From: Actinomycetes bacterium
Lineage (GTDB): Bacteria; Actinomycetota; Actinomycetes; Propionibacteriales; Nocardioidaceae
Direction of reading: 5' to 3'
NCBI GenBank assembly: GCA_030432975.1
Contig: JAUILS010000001.1
Coordinates: 1-54,787, forward strand
Length of the DNA stretch: 54,787 bases
The position numbers were made by a program, and so were the translations under genes. Below, piece after piece: positions 12,594 to 23,095 of the stretch (its first letter is position 1; every line of letters begins with the position of its first letter). A model generated the notes under the pieces. That model was not told the DNA's origin, made no database searches, and was given only the letters and a program-made list of their open reading frames with translations.

Positions 12594-13554
12594 GCGGACG
12601 ACCGACCAGCTGGCCGCGGTGCTGTGGAGCATCCCCAGCCCCAGCCAGGGGGTGTGGCAGCTCGGGCCGGTGCCGATCCGGGCCTACGCGCTGTGCATCA
12701 TCGCGGGCATCATCGTCGCGATCTGGATCGGCGACCGGCGATGGGTGGCTCGCGGCGGGCGTCCCCAGGAGGTCGCCGACATCGCACTGTGGGCCGTGCC
12801 GTTCGGCATCGTCGGCGGCCGGCTCTACCACGTCATCACCGACCGGCAGCTCTACTTCGGCGCGGATGGCAACCCGTGGGAGGCGCTCTACGTCTGGCAC
12901 GGCGGCCTCGGCATCTGGGGAGCCATCGCCCTCGGCGCGGTCGGGGTGGTGATCGGAGCGCGGCGCCTGGGGATCAAGGTGCTCCCGATGCTCGACGCCC
13001 TGGCTCCGGGCGTGCTGATCGCCCAGGCGATGGGCCGCTTCGGCAACTACTTCAACCAGGAGCTCTTCGGCCGCCCCACGGACCTCCCCTGGGCGCTGGA
13101 GATCGACGAGGCGCACCGCCCGCCCGGCTACGCCGACGTCGCGACGTACCACCCGACGTTCCTCTACGAGGCGCTGTGGGCAGTGGGGGCGTTCTTCTTC
13201 GTCGTCTGGGCCGATCGGCGCTTCCGCCTCGGTCACGGCCGGGTCTTCGCGCTCTACGTGATGGCCTACACCGCCGGCCGCGGCTGGATCGAGATGCTGC
13301 GGATCGACCCGGTCGAGATGGACGACGTCCTCGGGCTGCGGCTCAACGTGTGGACCTCGCTCGTGCTGTTCGCCCTCGCCGCGGCGTACTTCGTGTGGGC
13401 CGGCCGGAACCGTCCGGGCCGCGAGGAGTCGGTGTACCGTGAGGGGGCTGTTACCGACCCGGGCGAGCCCGCGGAGGCGACGGACGACGGGGACCCCGAC
13501 GACGGGGACCCTGGCGACGGGGACAGGGCGCACGAGGGGGAGACGACGCCGTGA
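12586..13554 (+). CDS. lgt: Prolipoprotein diacylglyceryl transferase
   Basis: IRAYALC, GGRLYHV, GGLGIWG, GRFGNYFNQELFG, HPTFLYE. Confidence 0.96.
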   Translation: MSERTTDQLAAVLWSIPSPSQGVWQLGPVPIRAYALCIIAGIIVAIWIGDRRWVARGGRPQEVADIALWAVPFGIVGGRLYHVITDRQLYFGADGNPWEALYVWHGGLGIWGAIALGAVGVVIGARRLGIKVLPMLDALAPGVLIAQAMGRFGNYFNQELFGRPTDLPWALEIDEAHRPPGYADVATYHPTFLYEALWAVGAFFFVVWADRRFRLGHGRVFALYVMAYTAGRGWIEMLRIDPVEMDDVLGLRLNVWTSLVLFALAAAYFVWAGRNRPGREESVYREGAVTDPGEPAEATDDGDPDDGDPGDGDRAHEGETTP

Positions 13555-14531
13555 CGACGATGCTGGCGCGTGCCCGGGCCCGGGCGACGGCCCTGGTCGC
13601 CGCGCCCGTCCTGCTGGCGCTGCTGCTCCCGGTCTCCTCCGCGACGGCGCGGATGCCCGCGCCTCCCGTTCCCGTGGCCGGAGCGGCCTCGACGACCGCG
13701 CCGCCGCCCCCGGCCGTCGCCCCTCGAGCCGCGGCCGTCACCGGCCCCAAGATCGTGGTGGTCGGCGACATCGCCTGCCGCCCCGGGGCCGCCACGACGG
13801 CCAAGACCTGCCGGCACGCCGCCACCGCCAAGCTCGCCGCCCGGATCAAGCCCAAGCGGGTGGTCGCGGTCGGCGACCTGCAGTACGAAAAGGGCGAGCT
13901 GTCGCACTTCCAGGACTCCTACGACCCGACCTGGGGCAAGCTCAAGCGGATCACCCGGCCGGTGCCCGGCAACCACGAGTACAACACCCCCGGCGCGACC
14001 GGCTACTACAGCTACTTCGGTCTCAGCGCGCCCGGCTACAAGTCGATCAAGGTGGGCACCTGGCGGATCTACCTCCTCAACTCGATGTGTGGCGACATCG
14101 ACTGCGCCGAGCAGCGCGAGTGGCTCCGCACCAAGATGGACGCCAACCCGACGGCCTGCTCGGCCATCGTGACCCACTACCCCCGCTACTCCAGCGGCGC
14201 CCACGGCTCCAACGCCGCCACCGCCCGCTTCTGGCGGATCGCGCAGAAGCGCGGCGCCGACGTCGCGTTCGCGGGGCACGACCACGACTACGAGCGGTTC
14301 GCGGCGATGAACGCCGACGGCAAGATGCGCAAGAGCGGTCTGCGGAGCTTCGTGGTCGGCACCGGCGGCAAGTCGCTCTATCGCAAGCGGACCGACGCCA
14401 AGGGCTCGCAGTTCTTCCGCGCCGACAAGTTCGGCGTCCTGGTGATGACGCTCGGCGACGGCAGCTACTCCTGGAAGTTCCGGGCCCTCGGAGGCACTGT
14501 CCGCGACCGAGGCAGCGCGCGCTGCCGCTGA
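13551..14531 (+). CDS. Secreted calcineurin-like metallophosphoesterase
   Basis: Signal peptide and Pro/Ala linker; GDI, GDLQY, GNHEY, GHDH metal-binding motifs; GTGA overlap with lgt. Confidence 0.88.
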   Translation: MTTMLARARARATALVAAPVLLALLLPVSSATARMPAPPVPVAGAASTTAPPPPAVAPRAAAVTGPKIVVVGDIACRPGAATTAKTCRHAATAKLAARIKPKRVVAVGDLQYEKGELSHFQDSYDPTWGKLKRITRPVPGNHEYNTPGATGYYSYFGLSAPGYKSIKVGTWRIYLLNSMCGDIDCAEQREWLRTKMDANPTACSAIVTHYPRYSSGAHGSNAATARFWRIAQKRGADVAFAGHDHDYERFAAMNADGKMRKSGLRSFVVGTGGKSLYRKRTDAKGSQFFRADKFGVLVMTLGDGSYSWKFRALGGTVRDRGSARCR

Positions 14532-14542
14532 CCCCGCGGTGA

Positions 14543-14662
14543 TAGCCTGAACTCCCGCTAGGGCCAACGTCGTCCCCGGCATCGACTGCTACGTGCCAGA
14601 GAGACGGTCGCGACCTGCGCCGGCTCCCTCCGGCGCGCGACCGACGACGACGGGAGGGGCCA
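14543..14662 (+). promoter_or_regulatory. gltB promoter (-10 TAGCCT) and structured 5' leader
   Basis: TAGCCT 14543-14548; nested stems 14605-14643; CGTCGTC (14568-14574) complementary to GACGACG next to SD GGGAGG. Confidence 0.5.
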
Positions 14663-17600
14663 GTGCCCGCTACCTCCGGCTTCCCGCCGCCCCAGGGGCT
14701 CTACGACCCACGCTTCGAGCACGACGCCTGCGGCGTCGCCTTCGTGTCCACCCTCAGCGGTGAGGCGAGCCACGAGATCGTCGCGCACGGCCTGACCGCG
14801 CTGCGCAACCTCGACCACCGCGGCGCCGCGGGCGCCGAGGTCAACTCCGGTGACGGCGCCGGCATCCTGATCCAGGTGCCCGACGCGTTCCTGCGCGAGG
14901 TGGCCGGGGTGGAGCTGCCGCCCCAGGGGGCGTACGCCGTGGGCACGGCGTTCCTGCCCGCCGACGCCGAGCAGTCGGCCAAGACCCGCGCCCGCATCGA
15001 GGAGCTCGCGGCCGAGGAGGGCCTGGCGGTGCTCGGCTGGCGCGACGTGCCGGTCGACGACTCCAGTCTCGGGTCCACCGCCCGGTCGACGATGCCGTCG
15101 TTCGCGCAGCTCTTCGTCGGCGGCGCCGAGGCACGGATCTCGGGCATGGCGCTGGAGCGCCGGGCCTTCTGCCTGCGCAAGCGTGCCGAGAAGGAGGCCG
15201 ACGTCTACTTCCCGTCGCTCTCCTCCCGCACGCTGGTCTACAAGGGCATGCTGACCACCGACCAGCTCGACCACTTCTTCCCCGACCTGACCGACGAGCG
15301 GATCGCCTCGGCGCTGGCGGTGGTGCACTCCCGCTTCTCGACCAACACCTTCCCCAGCTGGCCGCTGGCCCACCCGTTCCGGTTCATCGCCCACAACGGC
15401 GAGATCAACACCGTGATGGGCAACCGCAACTGGATGCGGGCCCGCGAGGCGCTGCTGGCCTCCGACCTGATCCCGGGCGACCTCGAGCGGCTGTTCCCGA
15501 TCTGCACCCCCGGTGCCTCGGACTCCGCGTCGTTCGACGAGGTGCTCGAGCTGCTCCACCTCGGCGGCCGCAGCCTGCCGCACGCCGTGCTGATGATGAT
15601 CCCGGAGGCGTGGGAGAACCACGCCGAGATGGACGACAAGCGGCGCGCGTTCTACTCCTTCCACGCGAGCCTGATGGAGCCGTGGGACGGTCCCGCGAGC
15701 GTCGTCTTCACCGACGGCACCCAAATCGGCGCGGTCCTGGACCGCAACGGCCTCCGTCCGTCGCGCTACTGGGTGACCGACGACGGCCTGGTGGTGCTGG
15801 CCTCCGAGGCCGGCGTCCTCGAGCTCGACCCGGCGAGCGTGGTCCGCAAGGGCCGGCTCCAGCCGGGCCGGATGTTCCTGGTCGACACCGAGGAGCACCG
15901 CATCATCGAGGACGAGGAGATCAAGAGCCAGCTCGCCGCCGAGCACCCCTACGACGAGTGGCTGCACGCGGGGCTGATCCGGCTGGAGGACCTCGCCGAG
16001 CGCGAGCACATCGTCCACACGCACGCCTCGGTCACCCGGCGCCAGCAGGTCTTCGGCTACACCGAGGAGGAGCTGCGGGTCCTGCTCACCCCGATGGCCA
16101 ACACCGGCGCCGAGCCGATCGGCTCGATGGGCACCGACACGCCGATCGCGGCGCTGTCCGACAAGCCGCGGCTGATCTTCGACTACTTCAGCCAGCTGTT
16201 CGCCCAGGTCACCAACCCGCCGCTCGACGCGATCCGCGAGGAGCTGGTGACCTCGCTCTACGGCTCGATCGGCCCGGAGAGCAACCTGCTCGACCCGACG
16301 CCGGCGTCCTGCCGGCAGGTCGTGCTGCCGTTCCCGGTCATCTCCAACGACGACCTCACCAAGATCCGCCACGTCAACCGCGACGGCGACATGCCCGGGT
16401 TCATCACCCACGTCTCGCGCGGCCTCTACGACGTCGAGGGCGGCGGCGCCGCGATGGCGGCCCGGATCGACGAGATCTGCCAGGAGGTGTCCGACGCGAT
16501 CGCGGGCGGCGCCCGGATCATCGTGCTCTCCGACCGGCACTCGACGGCCGAGCGGGCGCCGATCCCGTCGCTGCTGCTCACCGGCGCGGTCCACCACCAC
16601 CTGGTGCGGGAGAAGACCCGCACCCAGGTCGGGCTGCTGGTCGAGGCCGGCGACGTCCGCGAGGTGCACCACGTCGCGCTGCTGATCGGCTACGGCGCGG
16701 CCGCGGTCAACCCCTACCTCGCCATGGAGACGGTGGAGGACCTCGCCCGCGACGGCTACTACGTCAAGACCGAGCCCGAGCAGGCCGTCAAGAACCTCAT
16801 CAAGGCGCTCGGCAAGGGCGTGCTGAAGGTGATGTCCAAGATGGGCGTCTCCACGGTCGCGTCCTACACCGGCGCCCAGATCTTCGAGGCCGTCGGCCTG
16901 TCGCAGGCGGTGGTCGACCGCTACTTCACCGGCACCACGTCCAAGCTCGACGGCGTCGACCTCGACACGCTCGCCGAGGAGGTCGCCCGCCGGCACGCGT
17001 CGGCGTACCCCCGCGGCGGCATCCTGCCCCCGCACCGCGAGCTCGCGATCGGCGGCGAGTACCAATGGCGTCGTGAGGGCGAGCCGCACCTCTTCGACCC
17101 GGAGACGGTGTTCCGCCTGCAGCACGCCACCCGCACCGGGCGCTACGACATCTTCAAGCAGTACACCTCGCACATCGACTCCCAGTCCGAGCGGCTGATG
17201 ACGCTGCGCGGCCTGTTCCGGTTCAAGGACGCCGGGGCGCTCGGCCGCCAGCCGATCCCGATCGAGGAGGTCGAGCCGGTCTCCGAGATCGTCAAGCGGT
17301 TCTCCACCGGCGCGATGTCCTACGGCTCGATCAGCCAGGAGGCCCACGAGACGCTCGCGGTCGCGATGAACCGCATCGGCGGCAAGTCCAACACCGGCGA
17401 GGGCGGCGAGGACCCCGAGCGGCTGCACGACCCCGAGCGCCGCTCGGCGATCAAGCAGGTCGCCTCCGGGCGCTTCGGCGTCACCGCGGAGTACCTCACC
17501 AACGCCGACGACATCCAGATCAAGATGGCGCAGGGCGCGAAGCCCGGCGAGGGCGGCCAGCTGCCCGGCCACAAGGTCTACCCCTGGGTGGCCAAGACGC

Positions 17601-19213
17601 GGCACTCCACGCCGGGTGTCGGGCTGATCAGCCCGCCCCCGCACCACGACATCTACTCCATCGAGGACCTCGCGCAGCTGATCCACGACCTCAAGAACGC
17701 CAACCCGGCGGCGCGGATCCACGTCAAGCTGGTCTCCGAGGTCGGCGTCGGCACGGTCGCCGCCGGTGTCTCCAAGGCGCACGCCGACGTGGTGCTGATC
17801 TCCGGCCACGACGGCGGCACCGGCGCGAGCCCGCTCACCTCGCTCAAGCACGCGGGCGGCCCCTGGGAGCTGGGCCTCGCCGAGACCCAGCAGACCCTGC
17901 TGCTCAACGGCCTGCGCGACCGGATCGTCGTGCAGACCGACGGCCAGCTCAAGACCGGCCGCGACGTCGTGGTCGCGGCGCTGCTGGGCGCGGAGGAGTT
18001 CGGCTTCGCGACCGCTCCGCTGGTGGTGTCGGGCTGCATCATGATGCGCGTCTGCCACCTCGACACCTGCCCGGTGGGCGTCGCCACGCAGAACCCCGTG
18101 CTGCGCGAGCGCTTCACCGGCAAGCCGGAGTTCGTCGTCAACTTCTTCGAGTTCATCGCCGAGGAGGTGCGCGAGCTGCTCGCCGAGCTCGGCTTCCGCA
18201 CCCTGGAGGAGGCGATCGGCCGCGTCGACGCGCTCGACGTCGCCCGCGCCGTCGACCACTGGAAGGCCGACGGCCTCGACCTCACCCCCGTGCTGTTCCA
18301 GGCCGACTCCGAGGGCCAGTTCCCCGGGCAGGACCCCTTCTGCTCGCAGACCCAGGACCACGGCCTCGACAAGGCGCTCGACCAGCGGCTCATCGAGCTG
18401 GCCGAGCCGGCCCTGGAGCGCGGCGAGCGGGTCCACATCGAGCTCCCCGTGCGCAACGTCAACCGCACCGTCGGCACGATGCTGGGTCACGAGCTGACCA
18501 AGCGCTACGCCGGCGCCGGGCTGCCCACCGACACCGTCGACATCACCTTCACCGGCTCCGCCGGCCAGTCGTTCGGGGCGTTCGCGCCTCCGGGGCTGAC
18601 CCTGCGCCTGTGGGGCGACGCCAACGACTACCTCGCGAAGGGGCTGTCGGGCGGCCGGGTCGTCGTACGCCCCGACGCGTCGGCGCGGTTCGTGGCCGAG
18701 GAGCAGATCATCGCCGGCAACGTCATCGGCTACGGCGCGACCGGCGGCGAGATCCTGATCCGCGGCCAGGTGGGGGAGCGGTTCTGCGTCCGCAACTCCG
18801 GCGCGACGGCGGTCGTCGAGGGCGTGGGCGACCACGGCTGCGAATACATGACCGGCGGACGGGTCGTGGTGCTCGGCGCCACCGGCCGCAACTTCGCGGC
18901 GGGCATGTCCGGCGGCTACGCCTTCGTGCTCGACCTCGACCAGGGGCGGGTCAACCCCGAGCTCGTGGAGCTCGGCCCGGTGGCCGGCGAGCGCGCCGAG
19001 GAGCTGCGCGAGCTCGTCGAGCGCCACCTCGCGGAGACCGGCTCGGCGGTGGCCGAGCGCCTGCTCACCGACTGGGACGCGACGCTGTCGCGCTTCACCC
19101 TGGTGATGCCGACCGACTACCGGCGCGTGATGGACACCCGCGCCGCCGCACTCGCGGAGGGCCTGGACGAGGACCAGGCCGCCGCCCGGATCATGGAGGT
19201 CGTCCATGGCTAA
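14663..19213 (+). CDS. gltB: Glutamate synthase large subunit
   Basis: [50 protein letters not shown] domain; 1516 aa. Confidence 0.99.
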   Translation: MPATSGFPPPQGLYDPRFEHDACGVAFVSTLSGEASHEIVAHGLTALRNLDHRGAAGAEVNSGDGAGILIQVPDAFLREVAGVELPPQGAYAVGTAFLPADAEQSAKTRARIEELAAEEGLAVLGWRDVPVDDSSLGSTARSTMPSFAQLFVGGAEARISGMALERRAFCLRKRAEKEADVYFPSLSSRTLVYKGMLTTDQLDHFFPDLTDERIASALAVVHSRFSTNTFPSWPLAHPFRFIAHNGEINTVMGNRNWMRAREALLASDLIPGDLERLFPICTPGASDSASFDEVLELLHLGGRSLPHAVLMMIPEAWENHAEMDDKRRAFYSFHASLMEPWDGPASVVFTDGTQIGAVLDRNGLRPSRYWVTDDGLVVLASEAGVLELDPASVVRKGRLQPGRMFLVDTEEHRIIEDEEIKSQLAAEHPYDEWLHAGLIRLEDLAEREHIVHTHASVTRRQQVFGYTEEELRVLLTPMANTGAEPIGSMGTDTPIAALSDKPRLIFDYFSQLFAQVTNPPLDAIREELVTSLYGSIGPESNLLDPTPASCRQVVLPFPVISNDDLTKIRHVNRDGDMPGFITHVSRGLYDVEGGGAAMAARIDEICQEVSDAIAGGARIIVLSDRHSTAERAPIPSLLLTGAVHHHLVREKTRTQVGLLVEAGDVREVHHVALLIGYGAAAVNPYLAMETVEDLARDGYYVKTEPEQAVKNLIKALGKGVLKVMSKMGVSTVASYTGAQIFEAVGLSQAVVDRYFTGTTSKLDGVDLDTLAEEVARRHASAYPRGGILPPHRELAIGGEYQWRREGEPHLFDPETVFRLQHATRTGRYDIFKQYTSHIDSQSERLMTLRGLFRFKDAGALGRQPIPIEEVEPVSEIVKRFSTGAMSYGSISQEAHETLAVAMNRIGGKSNTGEGGEDPERLHDPERRSAIKQVASGRFGVTAEYLTNADDIQIKMAQGAKPGEGGQLPGHKVYPWVAKTRHSTPGVGLISPPPHHDIYSIEDLAQLIHDLKNANPAARIHVKLVSEVGVGTVAAGVSKAHADVVLISGHDGGTGASPLTSLKHAGGPWELGLAETQQTLLLNGLRDRIVVQTDGQLKTGRDVVVAALLGAEEFGFATAPLVVSGCIMMRVCHLDTCPVGVATQNPVLRERFTGKPEFVVNFFEFIAEEVRELLAELGFRTLEEAIGRVDALDVARAVDHWKADGLDLTPVLFQADSEGQFPGQDPFCSQTQDHGLDKALDQRLIELAEPALERGERVHIELPVRNVNRTVGTMLGHELTKRYAGAGLPTDTVDITFTGSAGQSFGAFAPPGLTLRLWGDANDYLAKGLSGGRVVVRPDASARFVAEEQIIAGNVIGYGATGGEILIRGQVGERFCVRNSGATAVVEGVGDHGCEYMTGGRVVVLGATGRNFAAGMSGGYAFVLDLDQGRVNPELVELGPVAGERAEELRELVERHLAETGSAVAERLLTDWDATLSRFTLVMPTDYRRVMDTRAAALAEGLDEDQAAARIMEVVHG

Positions 19214-19256
19214 TCGCACCCTGGGCACCCTCTTGGAAGGAAGGCACCATGGCTGA
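19206..19256 (+). CDS. Possible 16-codon mini-[19 protein letters not shown] bridging gltB and gltD
   Basis: ATG overlaps the gltB stop (ATGGCTAA) and its TGA overlaps the gltD start (ATGGCTGA); translation unproven. Confidence 0.3.
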   Translation: MANRTLGTLLEGRHHG

Positions 19257-20706
19257 TCCCAAGGGCTTCCTGCGCCACGGCCGCGAGGTCGCCACGCGCC
19301 GCCCCGTCGACGAGCGGGTCCACGACTGGAACGAGGTCTACCCCGACGGCGTCGGGCGGGCGCTGCTGCCGATCATCAGCCCGCAGGCCGGCCGCTGCAT
19401 GGACTGCGGCATCCCGTTCTGCCACCAGGGCTGCCCGCTGGGCAACCTGATCCCCGAGTGGAACGACCTGGTCTGGCGCGACGACTGGGAGGGCGCGATC
19501 GAGCGGCTCCACGCGACCAACAACTTCCCGGAGTTCACCGGCCGGCTGTGCCCGGCTCCCTGCGAGACCGCCTGCGTGCTCGGCATCAACCAGGACCCGG
19601 TGACGATCAAGAACGTCGAGGTGTCGATCATCGACCGCGCCTGGGAGAGCGGGCTGGTGCGGCCGCAGCCGCCCGAGTGGCTCTCCGGGCGGACCGTCGC
19701 CGTCGTCGGCTCCGGCCCCGCCGGCCTGGCCGCCGCCCAGCAGCTCACCCGTGCCGGGCACACGGTCGCGGTCTACGAGCGCGCCGACAAGATCGGCGGC
19801 CTGCTGCGCTACGGCATCCCCGAGTTCAAGATGGAGAAGAAGCACCTCGACCGGCGCCTGGACCAGATGCGCCGTGAGGGCACCGTGTTCCGTGCCGGCG
19901 TCGACGTCGGGCACCAGATCACCGGCGCCCAGCTGCGGGAGCGCTACGACGCCGTCGTCATCGCGACCGGCTCGACGGTGCCGCGCGACCTGCCGGTGCC
20001 CGGCCGCGAGCTCGACGGCATCCACCAGGCGATGGACTACCTCCCGCAGTCCAACCGCGCCTCGCTCGGCGAGGAGGTGGAGGGCCAGATCCTCGCCACC
20101 GGCAAGCACGTGGTGATCATCGGCGGTGGCGACACCGGCGCCGACTGCCTCGGCACCGCCCTGCGCCAGGAGGCCGCGTCGGTCACCCAGCTCGAGATCA
20201 TGGCCCGCCCCGGCGAGGACCGGCCCGAGGGCCAGCCGTGGCCGACGTACCCCATGACGTTCCGGGTCTCCTCGGCCCACGAGGAGGGCGGGGACCGCGT
20301 CTACGCCGTCTCCACCCAGGAGTTCCTGGGCGACGACGAGGGCCGGGTGCGCGCGCTGCGCCTGGTTGAGGTCGACGGGTCGTTCCAGCCGGTGCCCGGC
20401 ACCGAGCGGGAGATCCCGGCCGAGCTGGTGCTGTTCGCGATGGGCTTCGTCGGCCCCGAGCAGCCCGGGCTGGTCGAGCAGCTCGGCGTGGACCTCGACG
20501 AGCGCGGCAACGTCGTGCGCGACGCGTCGTACGCCTCCTCCGTCGAGGGCGTCTTCGTCGCCGGGGACGCGGGTCGTGGCCAGTCGCTGATCGTCTGGGC
20601 GATCGCCGAGGGGCGCGCCGCCGCGGCGGCGGTCGACCGTTACCTCACCGGCTCGACGACGCTGCCGGCGCCGATCCCGCCCACCGCCAGGCCACTGACG
20701 GTGTGA
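19249..20706 (+). CDS. gltD: Glutamate synthase small subunit
   Basis: [45 protein letters not shown]; SD AAGGAAGG. Confidence 0.98.
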   Translation: MADPKGFLRHGREVATRRPVDERVHDWNEVYPDGVGRALLPIISPQAGRCMDCGIPFCHQGCPLGNLIPEWNDLVWRDDWEGAIERLHATNNFPEFTGRLCPAPCETACVLGINQDPVTIKNVEVSIIDRAWESGLVRPQPPEWLSGRTVAVVGSGPAGLAAAQQLTRAGHTVAVYERADKIGGLLRYGIPEFKMEKKHLDRRLDQMRREGTVFRAGVDVGHQITGAQLRERYDAVVIATGSTVPRDLPVPGRELDGIHQAMDYLPQSNRASLGEEVEGQILATGKHVVIIGGGDTGADCLGTALRQEAASVTQLEIMARPGEDRPEGQPWPTYPMTFRVSSAHEEGGDRVYAVSTQEFLGDDEGRVRALRLVEVDGSFQPVPGTEREIPAELVLFAMGFVGPEQPGLVEQLGVDLDERGNVVRDASYASSVEGVFVAGDAGRGQSLIVWAIAEGRAAAAAVDRYLTGSTTLPAPIPPTARPLTV

Positions 20707-20759
20707 CCGCCGCCCCCGAGATGGTTGGAACGATCCAACCTCCGCTAGGGTGAGGGATC

Positions 20760-22208
20760 GTGCGAAGAGCGAAGATCGTGTGCACCCTGGGTCCGGCCGT
20801 CGGCACCTCCGAGCGGATCGAGGAGCTCGTCGCCGCGGGCATGGACGTCGCGCGGCTCAACATGAGCCACGGCACCTACGCCGACCACGAGCGCAACTAC
20901 CGCCTGGTCCGCAGCGCGGCCGACACGGCCGGCCGGGGGGTCGGGATCTTCGCCGACCTCCAGGGCCCCAAGATCCGCCTCGAGCGGTTCGCGGACGGTC
21001 CGGTCGTGCTGGAGAACGGCCAGGAGTGGACGATCACCACGCGGGACGTGCCGGGTGACGCGACCGCCTGCGGCACGACGTACGACGGTCTGCCGGGCGA
21101 CGTCGAGGTGGGCGACCCGATCCTGGTCGACGACGGCAAGGTCCGTCTCGAGGTGGTGGCGGTCGACGACACCGACGTCCGCACCCGGGTGGTCGTCGGC
21201 GGCCGGGTCTCCGACAACAAGGGCATCAACCTGCCCGGCGTCGCGGTGTCGGTGCCCGCGCTGTCGGAGAAGGACGAGGACGACCTCCGCTGGGCGCTGC
21301 GCGTCGGCGTCGACTTCGTCGCCCTGAGCTTCGTGCGCAGCGGCGCCGACGCGGGCGACGTCCGCCGCATCATGGACGAGGAGGGCGTGACGGTCCCCGT
21401 CATCGCCAAGATCGAGAAGCCGCAGGCGCTGGCCGCGATCGACGCCATCATCGACGCCTTCGACGGCATCATGGTCGCCCGCGGCGACCTGGGCGTGGAG
21501 TGCCCCCTCGAGGACGTCCCGGTCCACCAGAAGCAGCTGATCGACAAGGCGCGGCGCAACGCGAAACCCGTCATCGTGGCCACCCAGATGCTCGAGTCGA
21601 TGATCGGCGCCCCCGCCCCGACCCGGGCCGAGGCCTCCGACGTCGCCAACGCCGTCCTCGACGGCGCCGACGCGGTGATGCTCTCCGGCGAGACCAGCGT
21701 GGGGGACTACCCCATCGAGGCGGTCCGCACGATGGCGCGGATCGTGGAGTCCACCGAGGAGCACGGCCTGATGCACATGGCGGCGCTCACCTGGCAGCCG
21801 TTCACCAAGGGCGGGATCATCGCCAAGGCGGCCGCCCAGGTGGGGGAGGCGATCGGGGCCCGCTACCTCGTGGCGTTCACCTCGACGGGCGACTCGGCCC
21901 GACGGCTGGCGCGCTACCGCGGGCCGATCCCCATCCTGGCCTTCACGACCCTCGACTCCACCCGCAGCCAGCTGTCGATGACCTGGGGCGTCGAGACCTT
22001 CAAGATGGACGAGGTCGAGCACACCGACGAGATGGTCCGCCAGGTCGACGAGGCGCTGCTCGAGATCGGCCGGATCAACGAGGGCGAGCAGGTCGTGCTC
22101 ATCGCGGGCAGCCCGCCCGGCATCCCTGGCTCGACCAACGCGCTGCGCATCCACCGGATGGGCGACGCGATCAACGAGGTGGCCCCGGCCTACCGCCGGA
22201 CGCCCTGA
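20760..22208 (+). CDS. pyk: Pyruvate kinase
   Basis: KIVCTLGP, ARLNMSHG, DLQGPKIR, AKIEK, MVARGDLG, ATQMLESM, MLSGET. Confidence 0.98.
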   Translation: MRRAKIVCTLGPAVGTSERIEELVAAGMDVARLNMSHGTYADHERNYRLVRSAADTAGRGVGIFADLQGPKIRLERFADGPVVLENGQEWTITTRDVPGDATACGTTYDGLPGDVEVGDPILVDDGKVRLEVVAVDDTDVRTRVVVGGRVSDNKGINLPGVAVSVPALSEKDEDDLRWALRVGVDFVALSFVRSGADAGDVRRIMDEEGVTVPVIAKIEKPQALAAIDAIIDAFDGIMVARGDLGVECPLEDVPVHQKQLIDKARRNAKPVIVATQMLESMIGAPAPTRAEASDVANAVLDGADAVMLSGETSVGDYPIEAVRTMARIVESTEEHGLMHMAALTWQPFTKGGIIAKAAAQVGEAIGARYLVAFTSTGDSARRLARYRGPIPILAFTTLDSTRSQLSMTWGVETFKMDEVEHTDEMVRQVDEALLEIGRINEGEQVVLIAGSPPGIPGSTNALRIHRMGDAINEVAPAYRRTP

Positions 22209-22246
22209 CCGGGCCCCGAGACGGCCCGATGGCGAGCGCGCGGGAG

Positions 22247-22319
22247 TACCCCGGGTGGGATTCGAACCCACACTGGATGGTGTTTGAGACCACTGCCTCT
22301 GCCCTTGGGCTACCGGGGC
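22247..22319 (-). tRNA. tRNA-Leu(CAA), 73 nt, short variable loop, CCA not encoded
   Basis: Minus strand GCCCCGG...GTGGT-CTCAAAC-ACCAT-CCAGT-GTGGG-TTCGAAT-CCCAC-CCGGGGT-A folds as a cloverleaf with anticodon CAA. Confidence 0.93.
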
Positions 22320-22358
22320 CCGCGCCGACCCAAAATACCCGACCGTTAGCCTGGGCCG

Positions 22359-22982
22359 ATGTCTGAGCCCGCACCACCACCCGCGAGCGACGCCCGCCGG
22401 GTGGTCATCGCCGAGGACGAGGCGCTGATCCGCATGGATCTCGCCGAGATGCTCACCGACGAGGGCTACGCCGTCGTCGGCCAGGCCGCCGACGGGGCCG
22501 AGGCGGTCCGGCTGGCCGAGGAGCTGCGTCCCGACCTCGTGGTCCTCGACGTGAAGATGCCGGTCCTCGACGGGATCGCGGCGGCCGAGCGGATCGCGGC
22601 CGGGCGGATCGCCCCCGTCGTCATCCTCACCGCCTTCTCCCAGCGCGACCTGGTCGAGCGGGCGCGGCAGGCCGGCGCGATGGCCTACGTCGTCAAGCCC
22701 TTCTCGGCCGGCGACCTGGTGCCGGCGATCGAGATGGCGGTGAGCCGCTACGCCGAGATCACCGCGCTCGAGGCCGAGGTCGGCGACCTGACCGAGCGTC
22801 TCGAGACGCGCAAGGCGGTCGAGCGCGCGAAGGCCGCCCTGCAGGAGCAGCTCGGGCTCAGCGAGCCCGAGGCCTTCCGCTGGATCCAGAAGACGGCCAT
22901 GGACCTGCGCCTGTCGATGCGCGAGGTCGCCGACGGCGTCCTGGCGCACGGGCCGGGCGCGACGTCGGGCGAGGCGCCGTAA
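22359..22982 (+). CDS. pdtaR: ANTAR-domain response regulator (PdtaR/Rv1626-like)
   Basis: Receiver domain (IAEDE, LDVKMP, VKPF) plus ANTAR (RKAVERAK..LSEPEAFRWIQKTAMD); -10 TAGCCT 6 nt before ATG. Confidence 0.88.
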   Translation: MSEPAPPPASDARRVVIAEDEALIRMDLAEMLTDEGYAVVGQAADGAEAVRLAEELRPDLVVLDVKMPVLDGIAAAERIAAGRIAPVVILTAFSQRDLVERARQAGAMAYVVKPFSAGDLVPAIEMAVSRYAEITALEAEVGDLTERLETRKAVERAKAALQEQLGLSEPEAFRWIQKTAMDLRLSMREVADGVLAHGPGATSGEAP

Positions 22983-23095
22983 GGCGCGTCGTTCGCGGCC
23001 GGCAACTCGCGGGAGTGAGAGGCTGGTCAGACCGGGTCGGCCTCGGGCTAGACTCACGTCCCGTCAACGCCCATGGGGGCTTGAGGAGGAACTGC

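Noticed and set aside
13480-13530. 15-bp repeats at the lgt 3' end, and similar short repeats at 4766-4790 and 8665-8780
   Set aside because: They encode low-complexity disordered tails (DDGDP, PGT, GQPAY), which are common in actinobacterial proteins.
14558-19228. Very long antisense ORFs opposite gltB, polA, aftD, rpsA and others
   Set aside because: Expected shadow frames from high GC3 codon bias; no recognisable motifs, and the sense genes are well-conserved families.
22200-22360. tRNA-Leu as the integration site of a mobile element
   Set aside because: No integrase, no duplicated tRNA 3' end in the window, and the flanking genes are core.
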